From positions 39,682,001 to 39,746,000 of the forward strand of contig NC_087436.1 in NCBI RefSeq assembly GCF_036321535.1: DNA of 64,000 bases, in the 5' to 3' direction. A model generated the notes under the pieces. That model was not told where the DNA came from. It saw nothing but the letters and a program-made list of their open reading frames with translations, and searched no databases. Made by a program: the position numbers and the translations under genes. The DNA is from Camelus dromedarius. Its lineage: Eukaryota. Position 1 is the stretch's first letter; every line of letters begins with the position of its first letter. Below are positions 24,712 to 38,355 of the stretch, piece after piece.

Positions 24712-24899
24712 TTTTTTTATACTTTATTTTTAATTTTTTTTCTGTTTTTAGCCTTATCTTTTTTTTAAACCTTTTTTTTTGGGGGGGGGTTGTAATCAGA
24801 TATGTTTGTTTTTTCATTTATAATGGGGGTACTGAGGATTGAACCCAGGACCTCATGCATGCTAAGCATGCATCTACCACTGGGCAATACCCTACTCCC
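24712..24899 (-). mobile_element. Vic-1-like SINE
   Basis: Antisense tRNA-like head (gattgaacccaggacctcatgcatgctaagcatg) with a T-rich tail. Confidence 0.85.
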
Positions 24900-24932
24900 T
24901 TATGGACTTAAAATTTGATTTATGGCTTTTAC

Positions 24933-25712
24933 CTTTTGTTCCTATCATTTCCTATTTCTCCTTTTGCTATAGTTTAAACATATTTCTTAAATGTGGTAGT
25001 ATGTGGTATTTTTTCAATGCAAACAAATTATTTGAGGAGTTTTTTAACAAAGCGTTCAGCTGGGAAACATTCTTTATGATTTTGACCCACCCATCCCAGG
25101 ATAAAAGGCAAGTGAAAAAAGTGGGTTTTGTTGTCTCTGTCCCTTGGCATCTCAGGTGCACCAAGATTGCTTTCTTTTGTGTTGAGCAGTGTTGCTAGTT
25201 GACCTTAGCAGTTTCTGAATTTCACAGTCTAGTTTGTTTTATCAGAAGTATATGGCAGTGAGCTCTGGGTAAGTGCGAAATGAATTACAATCTGATGTAC
25301 AAACAGATCTTCTGGGGTTCAGTAGATGTTCTTATGGGGATACTCTGCTCCACTGGATTTCTTTCCATGGTGTGCAACTTTTATATCATGTTGGAACTCA
25401 GAATAATACAAAACTTAGGAAAAATTTTAATCTCAAAATGTTTAAGTCATTTTCAAAGAAAACTCAATTAGTCTTCCATGTCCAGGACAAACATATTCAC
25501 TTTATTCTGTTTTATTTTAAGAAGTGGCAGACTTAAACAGAAAGAGAGAACTCCTGATATCAGTGCAACTTTTCTTCAGTTCCAGAACATTCTATGCTGA
25601 GAGTGGATTTGAATATCTCCCAGGAAATCTATAAGCCATGTTCTATGGGTAGACTGTCAGATTCCAGATCTGTCATTATCTTTCACTTGACACAAATATT
25701 TCTTGTTTAAAT
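24933..25712 (-). pseudogene. Large pseudo-exon containing LKHFEIKIFPKF/YSEF
   Basis: Acceptor tcttttaagtttcccag, donor AG|gtaaaa. Motif at 25411-25446. Many stops and at least one frameshift. Confidence 0.5.
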
Positions 25713-28183
25713 CTGGGAAACTTAAAAGACAGTAGTATCCTTGTTAAATACCTAACTGTGTTTATTTAACTGCACTTCTCCAAAATACTATTATTTAAAA
25801 TATCTTTAATCAGTATAAAGAAAAGAAATATCTTAGATTTTCTTGCCAAAGTATACATTCTTTGCCACAAAGACATTAAGTATATTTTTCTCCTAATTCT
25901 AATGTAAAAACCCATTTTTCCTTAAATTATAAAAGTGAATCTACTTCTGTACATTTTACTAATTTTTAATTTCTGCTCCATATCCAGTCTGTACAGTAGA
26001 ATCCTTCAGCCTTTACCTCTAGGAAGAACAGTGCCTAAGTTTTGAATTGGTAGCCAACATGAAATAATTGGTAATTTTACATGAAATTTGTTTTCTCTTT
26101 AAAAGTTGGAAAATCCAAAACCACATGGTTAACATTCCCCCAAAGCATTAATCTGATAGAATTTACTCCTTTAGACAGGTTCTGAAATAAATAAATTATA
26201 TACTTAGTCCAGGACTCTGGGGTCCTTTCTGCCAGGACTGCACTGGCCCAGAGCAGGCAGGAAGACTTTTGATCCTAAGAACAGCTGCTCCTTGAGAAAC
26301 TGGCTTTAGTGACTGGTTGCTGTCTTAATAGTCTTAATGATAATCTTAATAATTTGTCTAGCCCTTTAGTTTCTTTGTTTATACTTCCATAATACCCTGT
26401 GTTGTCTGCTAAACTCCACTGTGTCCACTTAGTGCTCTGTGATGTCCTGTATTCCTGAATTCTGCATGTGGCCTTTTTCAGACCCCTCCCCCTGCCCCTG
26501 CAGACTTGTACTCTGCCTTGTAATGATTTTTTAAAATATTGGTTTCGATTTTGTGGTCATAACTTTATTCTGAAATTCAGCTAAACTTACAGAGGGGATG
26601 AAGAAAATGGAACCGAAAGAGAGGTAAGAAGTAAGAGCACAAAGCAGCAGCATATGAGAGCAGATTCCCCAAATTTGGAAGGATTGGGTGGCTGTGGAAG
26701 AGGTCTACATTAGAAAAGTGGTGGTCTTCTCACTGGTCTTGGCTCTCACTGCTGGCTCTCCATGGCTTTGACAACCTCCTCCATGGGGCTCCCTTTCATT
26801 AGCCTACAGACCTTGTGGTTTCTGTCCAGTTAACCAGCAGGACAGATGAAACCTCTAGAAACCACTTGGATTGGGTCCAACATTTGCCTTCAACAAGGTG
26901 TCAGGGCTGATGTGCTTCCAGAAGTTCTCAGCAGCGTATTTCTCTTGGAAGATGGCTTTTCTACCAGAGTCATGGTTGCATGTGAAATCTCCACTCAGGT
27001 ATGAAAACAGAGTAATCATTATGTAAATATAGAAATCCTTGTCACACAGCCCTTTCTCTCTGGTTCTCGGAGATTAAACATTTTTTGCTATTTTTAGAAC
27101 ATTGTCGGAAAAGACCTTCATCAAAGATGGGGCCTCAGTGTCAATAATAATACTGAACAGTAATACTGAATTATGCGACACTGAGTAGGTCCTGACTGGA
27201 GTCAGCCGAGGATTTATGTGGTGGCAGCTCTAAGAGGTAGATGCACAAAGGGCCTGGACCCCTTCTGGGGACCTCCACCTACATCTGTTATCTTCTTTTG
27301 GATGTTGTGCTCCCTCCTGGCTGGAATCTCAGCCCTGCTGCTTCTCAGTGAGGAAGGCTGGTCCCCAGGTTCAGTCTTCCCCCATCTGCTGTGAACTGCT
27401 CTGTCGTATACTTAGCTGGGTCAAGGGATTTAACAAACTTCAGGTCCCTAGATCTTGTGTTCTGGTTTCAAATTAAAAGAAATGGAGTGCATGAGACCAT
27501 GGCACTGACCGTGGAAAAGTGACAATGGTTACAAGAGTGGATGGAGGTACAGTAAAGATTAGGCAGTGGGGAAATAAAAGAGGACTCTCTTTTGTGGGCT
27601 TGAAGGGAAAAGCATCAGTATGTAGGACTTTGTTTCACATGATCACTTTTGTAATTACACATGTGGTTTAATGTAAATACAAACGATTAACTGAAACCTA
27701 ATAGAATTTTTACGTTCACTCACTGAGTCTTAAATGTTCCACATTGGCATGTTCTGGATCATGGCCCACGCCTGCTCCATTGTTTAGAAACCCAGTTTTC
27801 ATTGGTGAGGAAATAGTCTCTGTGCATAAAATACTGAGAAGTATTAATAAAGAGAAGTAATAACTGAAGTTATGAGTGTTGGTATTCTGACTTTTATCAG
27901 CTCATCTCTACTCTTCCCACACAAGTTTTAGAGCTTGCACAGATTGAATGAAACTGAGTTTAATGGCTGATGTTGAAAATTTTATGTAAAAGTCCTGATA
28001 TCTGTCTTTTCTTGAGAACACTGGAAGCTGGAGCCATGCGTGGTCCACACTCCCAGGCTGTCAGTGCGCCCCCTTAGGCCAGAGCGTGTGCTTCTATACC
28101 CTGAACATCGCAGCCCTGGACACTCCCTATTGCTTCTGGATTGTTCTTCCACTGGGCCTGCTTCACTTATGCTTGCTACTCAC

Positions 28184-28283
28184 CAGCCACCTTCTTGTAT
28201 TCATGTTGGCCTTCTGAGCCCGCTGAAAACCTCATGGTGTGTTTCACTTGTATTATACAGGTATTGCAGAAAACAGCAGCCTC
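28184..28283 (-). pseudogene. Candidate pseudo-exon (100 nt): EAAVFCNTCIIQVKHTMRFSAGSEGQHEYKKVA
   Basis: Donor CTG|gtgagt and a weak acceptor. Open in phase 0, matching the exon at 29036-29118. Confidence 0.35.
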
Positions 28284-28649
28284 CTTAATATAGTAATACC
28301 CAGAAACTCCAGTCTTCTAGGAAGAGGAATCAGAAGCCCAAAGCCCCAGCTTTTTCTTTATTTCCATGCGCTAGTGAGTTGTGCAGGCACTGCAGTCACC
28401 GACCCCAGAGCACACTCTCCCTGCTTAGTGGGCACTTGGCTCCCTGGCCACTTGCATGGACTTTAATTCTGACTTGAATCTTTTTCTTAATGCAACTGAG
28501 AAAACCTGAATTTTCAAACAGCTTACCCAATAGTGAGAAATAACCAAGAAAAGATGCAGCTTAGAAGAAGTCTAAATGTTCTTGTTTACAAAGGTATAGC
28601 TTGCTCCTTGGAGAGAACAGGCCCCATCAGATTCCATATGAGGTGATGA

Positions 28650-28900
28650 TCACAGCTCCTGTTTTCTGAGTGCTTACCACCTCCCAGGTACTATATTGGG
28701 GTGAGATTTGTTTATTTGTTCACTAAAGCTTTACAAAAATCCTATAAGGTAATGATGTTTTCTCCCCTCTGCCAATCAGGAAACTGAGGTCGAGAGGCAA
28801 AGTAACTCTCGGTACATCATACAGCTTATTGACCAAAAAGCTGGGCTTTTATCCCAGATCTGATTCTAAAGCAGGCACTCTCTTATTTCACTACACTGAG
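28650..28900 (-). mobile_element. MIR SINE
   Basis: ctgagtgcttac...aggaaactgagg...aagtaact MIR core. Confidence 0.7.
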
Positions 28901-29035
28901 AAAAATATTAGCTTAAGACTTTTCCTTCTTTGCTACAAGCCTCAATAGGCAACCAGACTGGCAGCCTCTTTATTATCTGTTCCCTCATCTGGCAGACTTG
29001 GTATCTTGAAATCCAGAATGAATGATACTCCTCAC

Positions 29036-29118
29036 CTCTAGAAGAGGCTTGTCTTTCCAGTTGTGCTTTCTATATTGAGATGCATCCTTTTTGAATCTTT
29101 TGAGTCTTCTGGCCCCAC
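29036..29118 (-). pseudogene. Candidate pseudo-exon (83 nt): (G)GARRLKRFKKDASQYRKHNWKDKPLLE
   Basis: Acceptor tctcctgcag|GT, donor GAG|gtgagg, open frame. Confidence 0.5.
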
Positions 29119-29511
29119 CTGCAGGAGACTGGCCTTGTATGGCCCTGATATCTAACAAATGCAGTGTGCGTTTGTGCTGAAACATGTGGAAAGTGTTTCC
29201 TCACAGGTCCAGAGCGGGAGAGGGGAAGTCTGCCCATCCCACGCTGAAACCCGGGTGGGCTCGAAGGGGACGTGGCCCCTGTTGGAGGAAGGTCAGGCCT
29301 TAGTTGCTGAGTGTTCTCTAGAGGGCCAGGTGGGGTGTGTGGGGGCGGAGGGACAGGGAAGACGCTTTCCCTCTGGAGAGGCTCTTGGGCTTTCCTAGTT
29401 TCCAGGTCTTGGGAGGATCTAACACAGCAGCAGAAGCACTGTCTCAGAGCGATGGGAAGGCACATTTTAATTCTGTGTTTTCTGCCTTTCCCTTTCATTC
29501 ACGTGTGATGG

Positions 29512-29834
29512 TGCTATGGTCTAAACCTGTTCCCCCCAGATTCATGTGTTGAGATCCTAATGCCAGCTGCGATGCTGTTAGGAGATGGCACTTTTGAGAT
29601 TTGCTCGGGTGATGATGTGGAGCCCTTACAAATAGAATTAGTGTTTTTATAAAAGACACCCCAGAGAGATCCCTCACCCTTCCACCCTATGAGGACACCA
29701 GGAAAAAGGCCTACCCAGGCAGGCACCCTGATCTTGGATTCTCAGCTTCTGGAACTGTGAGAAATAAATTTCTGTTGTCTGTAAGCCACTCAGTCTATGG
29801 TATTTTGTGATAGTACACCCAGTGGACTAAGACA
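29512..29834 (+). mobile_element. MLT1A-like solo LTR
   Basis: tgctatggtct...gaactgtgagaaataaatttctgttg...ggactaagaca. Confidence 0.9.
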
Positions 29835-30186
29835 ATGGTTATAAAGTGAAGCAGTTGTGTTCCTAACCCAAGGGCACGTGAAACCATTGTTCTATCACCC
29901 AGGGGGCAGGCATGGAGGAAAACCAATGCCCCAACAGCACACAGACCAGGTTGTGGTTGGAGACGCTCAGACAACACAATTCTGACCTGAAAGTAGCTTT
30001 TATGTTAAGGCTTCTAATATCTTTGCCTCTTTTTTCAGTGAAGGGTATATCCTGGCGTCTCTGAGTAGCAGGATCACAGAGAAGATGGAGAATATGAACA
30101 GAGAGGAAGAGCACAGCCATGTGCTGGGGGCCCACAGGGGTCCTGGGGTGATACAGCATTACTGACAAGGGCCATGTGGAGGACAC

Positions 30187-30623
30187 TGTGATAAGCCACC
30201 CGGATTTCCACTTTAGGATTGAAGGGTTTGCTCCCCAGTTGCTAGGAATGCTGTAGGCAGAGAGACCTCAGCTATCATCCGTCTGCAGAATATGCTTCTG
30301 CTGAGAAGCAACTCACCCAAGGTCACAGTCCATTTCTTGGGTGGCCTGTATCCAATGATGAATTGACATGAGATATAAAAATTTTGGCCTTATCTCCTTA
30401 ATTCAGGACAACTCTGAAGGACCATTCCCATCTTACAGCTTCCCAGAGAGTTGGCTGAGGCCTCTGCTGAGATTGCATCGATGCTCAGCCTCTCCTTTTG
30501 CCCCGTTCTGATGTTTTCCTACTCCTTTCCATAGATGTTGAGCCTAAGAGCACTTCCCAATAACCGTCTTACACACTAAACTCTGTCTCAGCATTTTCTT
30601 CCTGGGGCACCTGACATGTGACA
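30187..30623 (+). mobile_element. LTR16-like ERVL LTR
   Basis: ccccagttgctaggaatgctg...ggacaactctgaagg...gttggctgaggcct...cccaataa...tgtgaca. Confidence 0.75.
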
Positions 30624-33275
30624 GCCACAAACGGTGTGGAGCAGAGGGGGCTTCTCCATTCACAGCAGCAGATGGTCCAGGGGTCCACCTGGGTTGTTCT
30701 ATGTGAGGAAAAGTCCATTAGCTGCAGAGGTGGAGAATGATTCTGCCTGGAATGATTACTGGCAGAGGCTTTGAAATGTTCTTGCGAGCACTGTTTCCTC
30801 ACTTATTGTCCCTCCATAAGCTTCTGAGGGTTTTGGAAATACGGGGTAAGTTTATATCTTGATTTAGAGACCAGCAGAGGAGACCCAAGGATTTCTCTGC
30901 AGAAGACTACAGTAGATTCCATCTAGATCCCATCTGAAGTATGAAAATTTTTCTGATTACTCAGTCCATATTGGCTTCTCTTGTTTCTAATTCTGCACCT
31001 CAATTTGTATTTCAAAATTTGCTATGCACCTCTAGGCTTCTACTCTTTGCTATTCTACTGTGAAGTCTTGTCTTCCCAATAAATTTATGCATTTTCTAAG
31101 GATGTTTATTGTTTAGATTTATATATCTCCATCACAAAAAGTAGCTCAGAACTGGGCACAGAGGAGACATCAATAAATATTTTCTGATTAAGTTCAGATG
31201 AACCTCTCATTAATGGTTTGAACAATGGATGAGCATGTGATTCAAAAGGCTATATCATGTTGGGAGCAGAATTGGGCCGTTGGGGCAGTTTGTCAAGGAA
31301 ATAGCCTTGGACCATTTCAAAAATTTATTTCCAAGTCTCTATTACTTGCTTTCTCCTCACCTTTGCCTCTTTTCTTTAAAAAATATTTTATTTTTATTTT
31401 ATAAATTTCTGTACAGTATCAAAGCTTTTTTTTTTAAACATACACACCACCCCCCTCCACGCACACAAATCACTTGTATTACCACAACACAGATAACTGT
31501 TATTATATTCTTCCAGGGATTTTTATATTCATGGCTCTACATGTTTATATCACACACCTAAAGCAATTTTGGGCAAAGTCACCCTCATTCATCATCACTA
31601 ATCTGACTGGTGGAAAATACTGCATCATCATGTTATATTGTCTTTCTTTTGTTACTGGTGAAATTAAACATTGTTTACTAGGTGTTTATTGATATTCCTT
31701 TCCTCTTATTGAGAACCTCCCGAGATCCAGACAATGTGCTAGGTCTCCTACACCTGTTAACTCATTTAATAAACGTCACACTTTAGCTGATGTTCCTTTA
31801 TGTCCGTTCATCAGGAGACATCTTTCCTCCTACTGTGTTATGATCCGGTGATACAGAAATAAAAGTTGCTATATATTTTGTTCCTTAACAGCTGAAAACC
31901 CTGCTCAACTTACTGTTACTCCAGTGAGTCTTGTAAAGATGGATGTTCTCTTAGGAGTGAATTTCACCATCTTCCTTCTTGTAACATTTCAAGAAACTGA
32001 GCCACAGAGAATGTGAAGACCCAAGCTGCTAGGACTGGCTGGGGAGCTGGCCTGGGGTCTGGGCCCCCTGATTGCTGGTCCTGTCCTTTCTCTGTTACAT
32101 GATTTCTTCTTGACACACATGGGTGCCATCCAGAGACTGATTGTAGGGAAGCCTCTAGATTAAAATTAAAATAACCATCATGAATAAAAAAGACAGGAAC
32201 TATCAAGAAATAACTTGGTATTTGAGTACACAGTGCTTAGAGCTAAAGGTCATGCTTACTTCACAGCACAAGTGGAATAAGCTTGTTTGATGGGAAAATA
32301 CACCTCTTATTTGGTTGGGGTGGCAGAGATGAAAGATTTAAATGGCCTTTAAAAAATATTGCTTTCCTGAACTCATAGAAAACATTTGTCAAACAGCTAT
32401 TGCTCTTACTCTAGTAAACTATAGTTAGTAAAAAGAGAGCAAATAATTTGCATATTAAAAGAATGATAAATCAATGAGTAGCAAATACATGCCATGTAGT
32501 ATGTATTTATCTTTCGCTGCTATCCAGTATCTGTTCCATTTCCAATCAATGCCTTGATTTTCCTGGGAAAGATATGAATTTCTCTTATTCTAAATACTAC
32601 CTTTCAAACTTTTCCACTGCAGTTCATAGAAAAAAATTACATCACTCCATATCAAACAAATGCATATTTAAAACTAAGCAAGTTTCAACAAAAAATATTA
32701 CTAATGGTGTTGCACTCTGATACTTTTATTTCTATTTTATGTTAGTCTATTCTTTAAAAAAGTTGCTTGTAGTCCATTGTATTGAGTGTATGGCCCACAA
32801 ATGAGATATTATTTACAATTTGAAAAGCACTACTCATCTAATTCAATATGATTTGAGTGAGGTTGAGTTGATCTCAGGAGTGGCCAAATTACTAGCAATA
32901 GAGAACCACTGAGGGATGGGTAAATAACCCAGGCAGAGTCAATGAGATGGAAGGAAACTTTTGCTGGGATGCGAGGGTGTGACTATTGTAAACCCACAGG
33001 AACTTCCCTATCATCGAGGTAGAGTGTATTTTAGGCCGGTCATTGTGTGGAGCCTGAAGTGGATGCTTTTACTGCAGAAACAAGAGTGGAGATGTGGAAA
33101 GAAACAGATCCTGGTTGATGTTGTCGGAGTCTCTGTATCAGGTCTCTTTATCAGTCACATCTCTAGATAGTTTGGTTACATAAGACAGTACATTCCCTGT
33201 ATTGCTTGCTAGGCAATCTCACAGGTGGAAATCTTTAATTGTATTTACCATTTTCCATTTGATTATAAAAGGACT

Positions 33276-33440
33276 TTTTTTTTTATGGATAACTTCTTTT
33301 TTAAAATTTCTTAAACCTTTATTTTTGTTGGGGGAGATAATTAGATTTATTTATTTATTCTTAGAGGAGGTACTGGGGATTGAACCCAAGACCTCATACA
33401 TGCTAAGCATGTGCTCTACCGCTTGAGTTATACCCTCCCC
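33276..33440 (-). mobile_element. Vic-1-like SINE
   Basis: gaggtactggggattgaaccca...gctctaccgcttgagttataccctcccc. Confidence 0.9.
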
Positions 33441-33488
33441 AGGACATGATTATTTTAAGGCTCTAAATTACTGCTGGGAATTACTTAC

Positions 33489-33860
33489 AGGATGTGGGAT
33501 TAAATGATCCACTTCAATTCATTGCTTGCGTCAGTGAATTCTGAATCCAAAAACATCTCTGTGGCATTGACAGCTTAAGCTCCTGAGGAGGAACATGCTC
33601 TCTGAGGACTCATTCTTGGGAGAAGTGAGAGCTCTGCTCTGAGTACAGGAGTCACATCCATTAGGAATGAAGGTGATGCCACACTGGACATTCATCATGG
33701 ACAGTTCAAGAAGACTGTGTGTTTCTAAAGACACAGTAATGGAAGTAATTGAGGGAACAAAGGGTCTGATCCTTCTGCTCCCAAGGAGAGAGGGTAGTGA
33801 TTGATGGCATGGAGGACACATACCCAGGGCCATGATAAGGCTTTTGAAAGGATTACAGAT
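33489..33860 (-). pseudogene. Pseudo-exon (372 nt, phase 0-0): ICNPFKSLIMALGMCPP...FGFRIH*RKQ*IEVDHLIPHP
   Basis: Acceptor gcctcctacag, donor CCT|gtaagt. 109 open codons, then two TGA stops. Explains the 100-aa ORF at 33531-33833. Confidence 0.55.
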
Positions 33861-36367
33861 CTGTAGGAGGCACCCTACATCACAAGTGCATAGGGCCCCT
33901 TTAAGCCTTGGGACGGTAGGAAATTACAAAACAGAAGGATATGTTGCTTCCCTTAGTGAATGGATGGTGTAACTTAACTTGAATGTTAATTTGTGTTCCA
34001 AGTTTGACAGAACAGAATTCACACATATCATACATAGTTTTGACTTCTATCTTCAGCCAACAGTGTAATTGAACTTTTTGATTTAGGCTGTGAAGTGAAA
34101 AGTACTTTTGAAATCTGAAAGTCATATTGGGAATGAAGGTGGTGAGACATCATCTCCAGTACTTACTAGTTTATAATCTTTGGTTAATTTTGGACTTTAA
34201 TAAACCACTCAGACATATCTATTTATAAGGAGAGTACACTTATCTTCCAGAGCCTTTCTGGGAAAGCAGCACAAGATACAGAAATCATGCTTGAGGTTAG
34301 AGGTCCTGGCTTTGCTTGCTATCCTTGTGACACTTAGGGGCTCTTGCTGTTGCTACCTAGGAAATGAGGATAACACCAGTGCCCGTTCTGCTGATTTCAC
34401 TTGGGTTATTATGGCCACTTGATGGAAAGTGCAGGTAAAAAGGCTCTGAAAACTGCAAAGAACTGTATAAGTAAAAGAAATTATTTATCTACCTTTACAG
34501 GAAGAAATCGAACCCTGCTCTTCCCAAATGCCCTGTCAGTATTAAAAAAGAAATTAAACAAATTGTTAATTAAAGAGGGCCAGAAGTGAAAGGTTCTCAA
34601 TTTTTGCAAGTTCAGTATCCTTGATTCTGTCTGATAATGAGTATGTTATGGGACTTTTGTTTTTAGGTGACTTTGTCATTAATCTTGGCAATTAGTTACT
34701 GAAAATGTTAGACAGTCAAGGCTCCTTAAAGGGTTGGTGCAAGTACAATCAGCCTTTTTGTCTATTATTCTATTCTATCCAAAGTACAATCACATCACCT
34801 TAGTCAATCCTATGATGTTAGAAATAGAAAGGATTTTAGGGATTACAAATCCAGTCTCAGCACTGTGCAGATCAAAAAAAACTAACCAGGCAGCTAAGTG
34901 AGTGGTTTAAAGATACAGCGAATTTTTGAGAGAGCTGGTATTGATCTGTAGGTCTTTTGTTCCCAGTCTGAGGTTCTCCTAATGATCCACGTTGGTTCTC
35001 AAGGAGAAAACAAAATCCCAGCTACAGGGGTTGTAATCTGTGAGTTTCTCAAACCTAAATGCACATATTGTTTCTACTGTCAGAGGAAGAGCTGAGGTAC
35101 AGAATGAAGGCCGTCACAGAGGATGAGAAGCAGCATCTCCTAATGTGTCCCGGTTGCAGAAAAGCTAGTGACTGAGCACAGGACCAGGGAGAAGAGTCCC
35201 ATTAGGTGGCTGCTGATCATAAAGGCACCTTCAGTCTCAGAATAAAAGAATTAGAAAAATGATGCTGTTACTCCTTGTAATATTTTCTTTGCTCTGAAAG
35301 TTAGTGGTGATTTCTAAAAATAGGGGCTGAGGCCTGAAACTATGGGATTGTTTGGAAGTCCAAAAAGATTAATTAGACAGTATGGTTCCCTCCTGTATTC
35401 TGTGTGGGTAGAAACCTGTCCTTCACCACTTTGGGCAGGAATCTAGGATTTTCTTGTTTGGGGAAATTAAGCCAACAGACTCCAGGCCAGGGACAGCGGG
35501 CATAGCAGAATATAAGCAAGAAGTGCCGGACCAGAGATGATTTCATAAAAGCTTACATACTGAATAGTGAGACCACCCAGATATATTGTACCTTTTGGAC
35601 TTGTGCCTCTTGGCAAATCATTGCTGGTAGGCTAACGCAACTCAACAGGTTCTTCCCTGGAGAAATTGTCTCCAGGGAAAGACACATGATTGCTGACATA
35701 TGCAGATATCTCAACAAATTGGCAGGGTTCCACTAAACAAAATGCACCCACAAAGGTAGAACTTCCAATCTGATGGCTATTATCTCTTAAATATGAATAA
35801 ATCAAAAATAATAATTAAACATTTGAGAGACGTCTCCAACATGAAATACTAAAACCAAAACCAAATCAATAGAAAATGGAACTCAGAGAAATAAAGACAA
35901 TGCAGGGAGTAGAAGAATACTTAAAGGGAGAGAATACTTAATCATAAACATTCTTAAAGACTCACAGGGATAATCAGAGCATACTTACATATTAAAAGTC
36001 CATAGCTAATCAAAAAAATCTGTTATTTGGAAGAATATGTTGGCTAGAGACTCAGTTACTACCCAGCAATTTGGGGGAAACATAACTAGACAGTTTGTTA
36101 GCTTTTCAATTCAAAAAGACACTAAGTTGTGTGATGCCCATGTGGTGTGTCATCTTTTTATAATCAGTGATCCCATGCGGGGGAAACTATTCATGTTGCT
36201 TGCATGTACAAAATAATTTAACCTTTAATGTTAAAATGTGTGGCACCACCCAGAACACATCCATCATGCTTGCAAGATACTTTCAATATGAGGTAAATTA
36301 CATAAAAAGTTAAATAAATCTCTCAGAAAGTAACCAAAATACAAAGAAATCTAAAATTGTAGGGAAA

Positions 36368-36462
36368 GAGGGCAAGGGGTTAGTTCAGTCGTAGAGTGTA
36401 TGCTGGGCGTACACAAGGTCCTGGGTTTAATCCCTAATACCTCTGTTAAAAACAAACGAACA
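36368..36462 (+). mobile_element. Vic-1-like SINE (diverged)
   Basis: tRNA-like head, with TSD aa(a/g)ttgtagggaaa on both sides. Confidence 0.8.
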
Positions 36463-36646
36463 AAGTTGTAGGGAAAAGGTAAGAAGTTAAAAGAATTAAG
36501 ACATTAAAAAACGTATTAAGAGTATCAGAAAAAGAAAGCAGAGGGGATCTATTTAGAAAAATATTGAAGAACTGAAAAACATGTATTTTCACATTCAAAG
36601 CTTTGCCATGCATACCATGCCATCTCACCAGATTCGACAGTATTGG

Positions 36647-37440
36647 TCATTAATTTATTAAAGATCTATGGCGTGTCCACTGTGTGCCAGGTTCTATACT
36701 AAGTCCAGGGATGAGGTGGGAGCCAGATTATTGGGAGCCTGTCCTCATAGAGTTTACCCTCCAGGGAGGCAAAGAGACAGGAATAAATCATTCCACCAAA
36801 AATTATAAAACTGCGATTGTGACATATGATAGGAGGAAGTACGTTGTGCCAAGAAAACTCTTCTAGGGGCTTTGACCTAGTCAGAGAGATTAGGAAATGT
36901 TTCCTGAGAAAAGAGTGGTTGAGCTGTAGTGTGAAGGAAGAGTAGGTTTATCTGACCACGGAGGGCAGGGAGGAGCATCCCAGGCAGGGGAAATTGCACT
37001 ACAAAGGTCCCCTGAGATAAGGGAGCTTGGTGAGTGCAAGTGCCTGAAGGAAATCCAGTGTGGATGGAATGGGGAGGACATGTGCCGGCATGGGGTGAAA
37101 TGAGGCCAGAGGTCAGAGGCCAGCTCGGGGCTGACAAGGCAGAACTTCGTAGGCTATGTTAGAGTTTGCCTTTTTCCTATGGGACCCCTCTGGCATTCAT
37201 TGAAATGTTGTAAGCAGGGGTGGAGATGGAGTAAAATTTGTGTTACTGTAAATGTCACTCTGCTGGCATGTGTAGAATGGATTGGAGGAGGATCAGGGAG
37301 AGATACTGCAGTGCTATTAGGGAGATTTCACAGTTGCCGTACAAAGGATGATGGTAGCTTGGACAAGTGTGATGATGAGGTGAAGAGAAAAGGAAGTTCT
37401 TGAGAAATACATAATGGGTTAAATCGGCAGGATTTTATGA
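36647..37440 (-). mobile_element. L2 LINE 3' fragment
   Basis: actgtgtgccagg...cctgtcctcatagagttta...atgatggtagcttggac, antisense L2 text. Confidence 0.8.
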
Positions 37441-37602
37441 TAAGTTATATCAAGGGTTGATTCTTTGAATATTCTAAGGAAAACAACTTGGCTTGTCTGA
37501 CCAAAAAAGCCAAAGAGAGGGAAATATAAGTTAAAGACTTGAAAAATGTCAAAGCAAATATATGAACATATAACAAAAGTGTCTACAAAATTTACCAGTG
37601 GT

Positions 37603-37750
37603 GGAGGGAGAGTATATCTCAGTGGTAGAGTGCATGTTTACCATGCATGAGGTCCTGGGTTTAATCTCCAGTACCTCCATTAAAATATATAAATAAATAA
37701 ACAAGCAAACATAATTACTCCCCCAATTTTTAAAAAAAATTTAAAAAATT
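37603..37750 (+). mobile_element. Vic-1-like SINE
   Basis: gtatatctcagtggtagagtgcatg...ggtcctgggtttaatctccagtacctcca plus tail. Confidence 0.9.
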
Positions 37751-38355
37751 AAAAAATTTTAATTGAATACATATTGTAGGTATTGTAATTCAATACACTA
37801 AGTTTGAAAATCTAGATAAAAGGTAAATTTTCTAGGAAAATAAAAATTACTATTTCTTTTCATGATTTATGACATCCTAGGTCTCCAAGCTAGAAATAAA
37901 AGACCCAGGCTCAATGGTGGCTTCTGTGAGGGGAGTGCGAGGATTTGGGTACAATTGTTAGTGTTCTAATCATGGCATCCAGAAACAGCTCTTATATGGC
38001 TCTTTAAAAATAACTTTGATTATCACTCCATGGTCCACATTTACTCCCCACCCTAGTGAATAACACACTTGGCATTCCTCTGAGGAGTTACTGGACAGAG
38101 GAGCCATGATCTTTGCAGCATTCTTTCCTGATTCAGAGCTTTAGAGATGTGCTATATTTCTCACGTATTTTTCTGACATTTCAGCAAGACAGTAGGGAAA
38201 GGGAAAACAATGTATATGTTTTTTAGTCCATTATTTTAAACTAGAAGGAGTAGTGGGTTTTTTTCTAAATATGTCTTTAGAGTTAAAATTCATTATTTTC
38301 GTGATGTTTGAAAATTAAATGTATATGATAATCTTAAATATTTCAAGAAAAATAC

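Noticed and set aside
29070..29552. Cluster of overlapping ORFs up to 142 aa
   Set aside because: Moderately GC-rich with no recognisable domain, and partly overlapping an MLT1A. Only the 83-nt spliced unit was kept.
35653..35679. 11-bp-stem hairpin (similar short ones near 12958 and 53622)
   Set aside because: Short isolated stems are expected by chance in 64 kb and have no ncRNA context.
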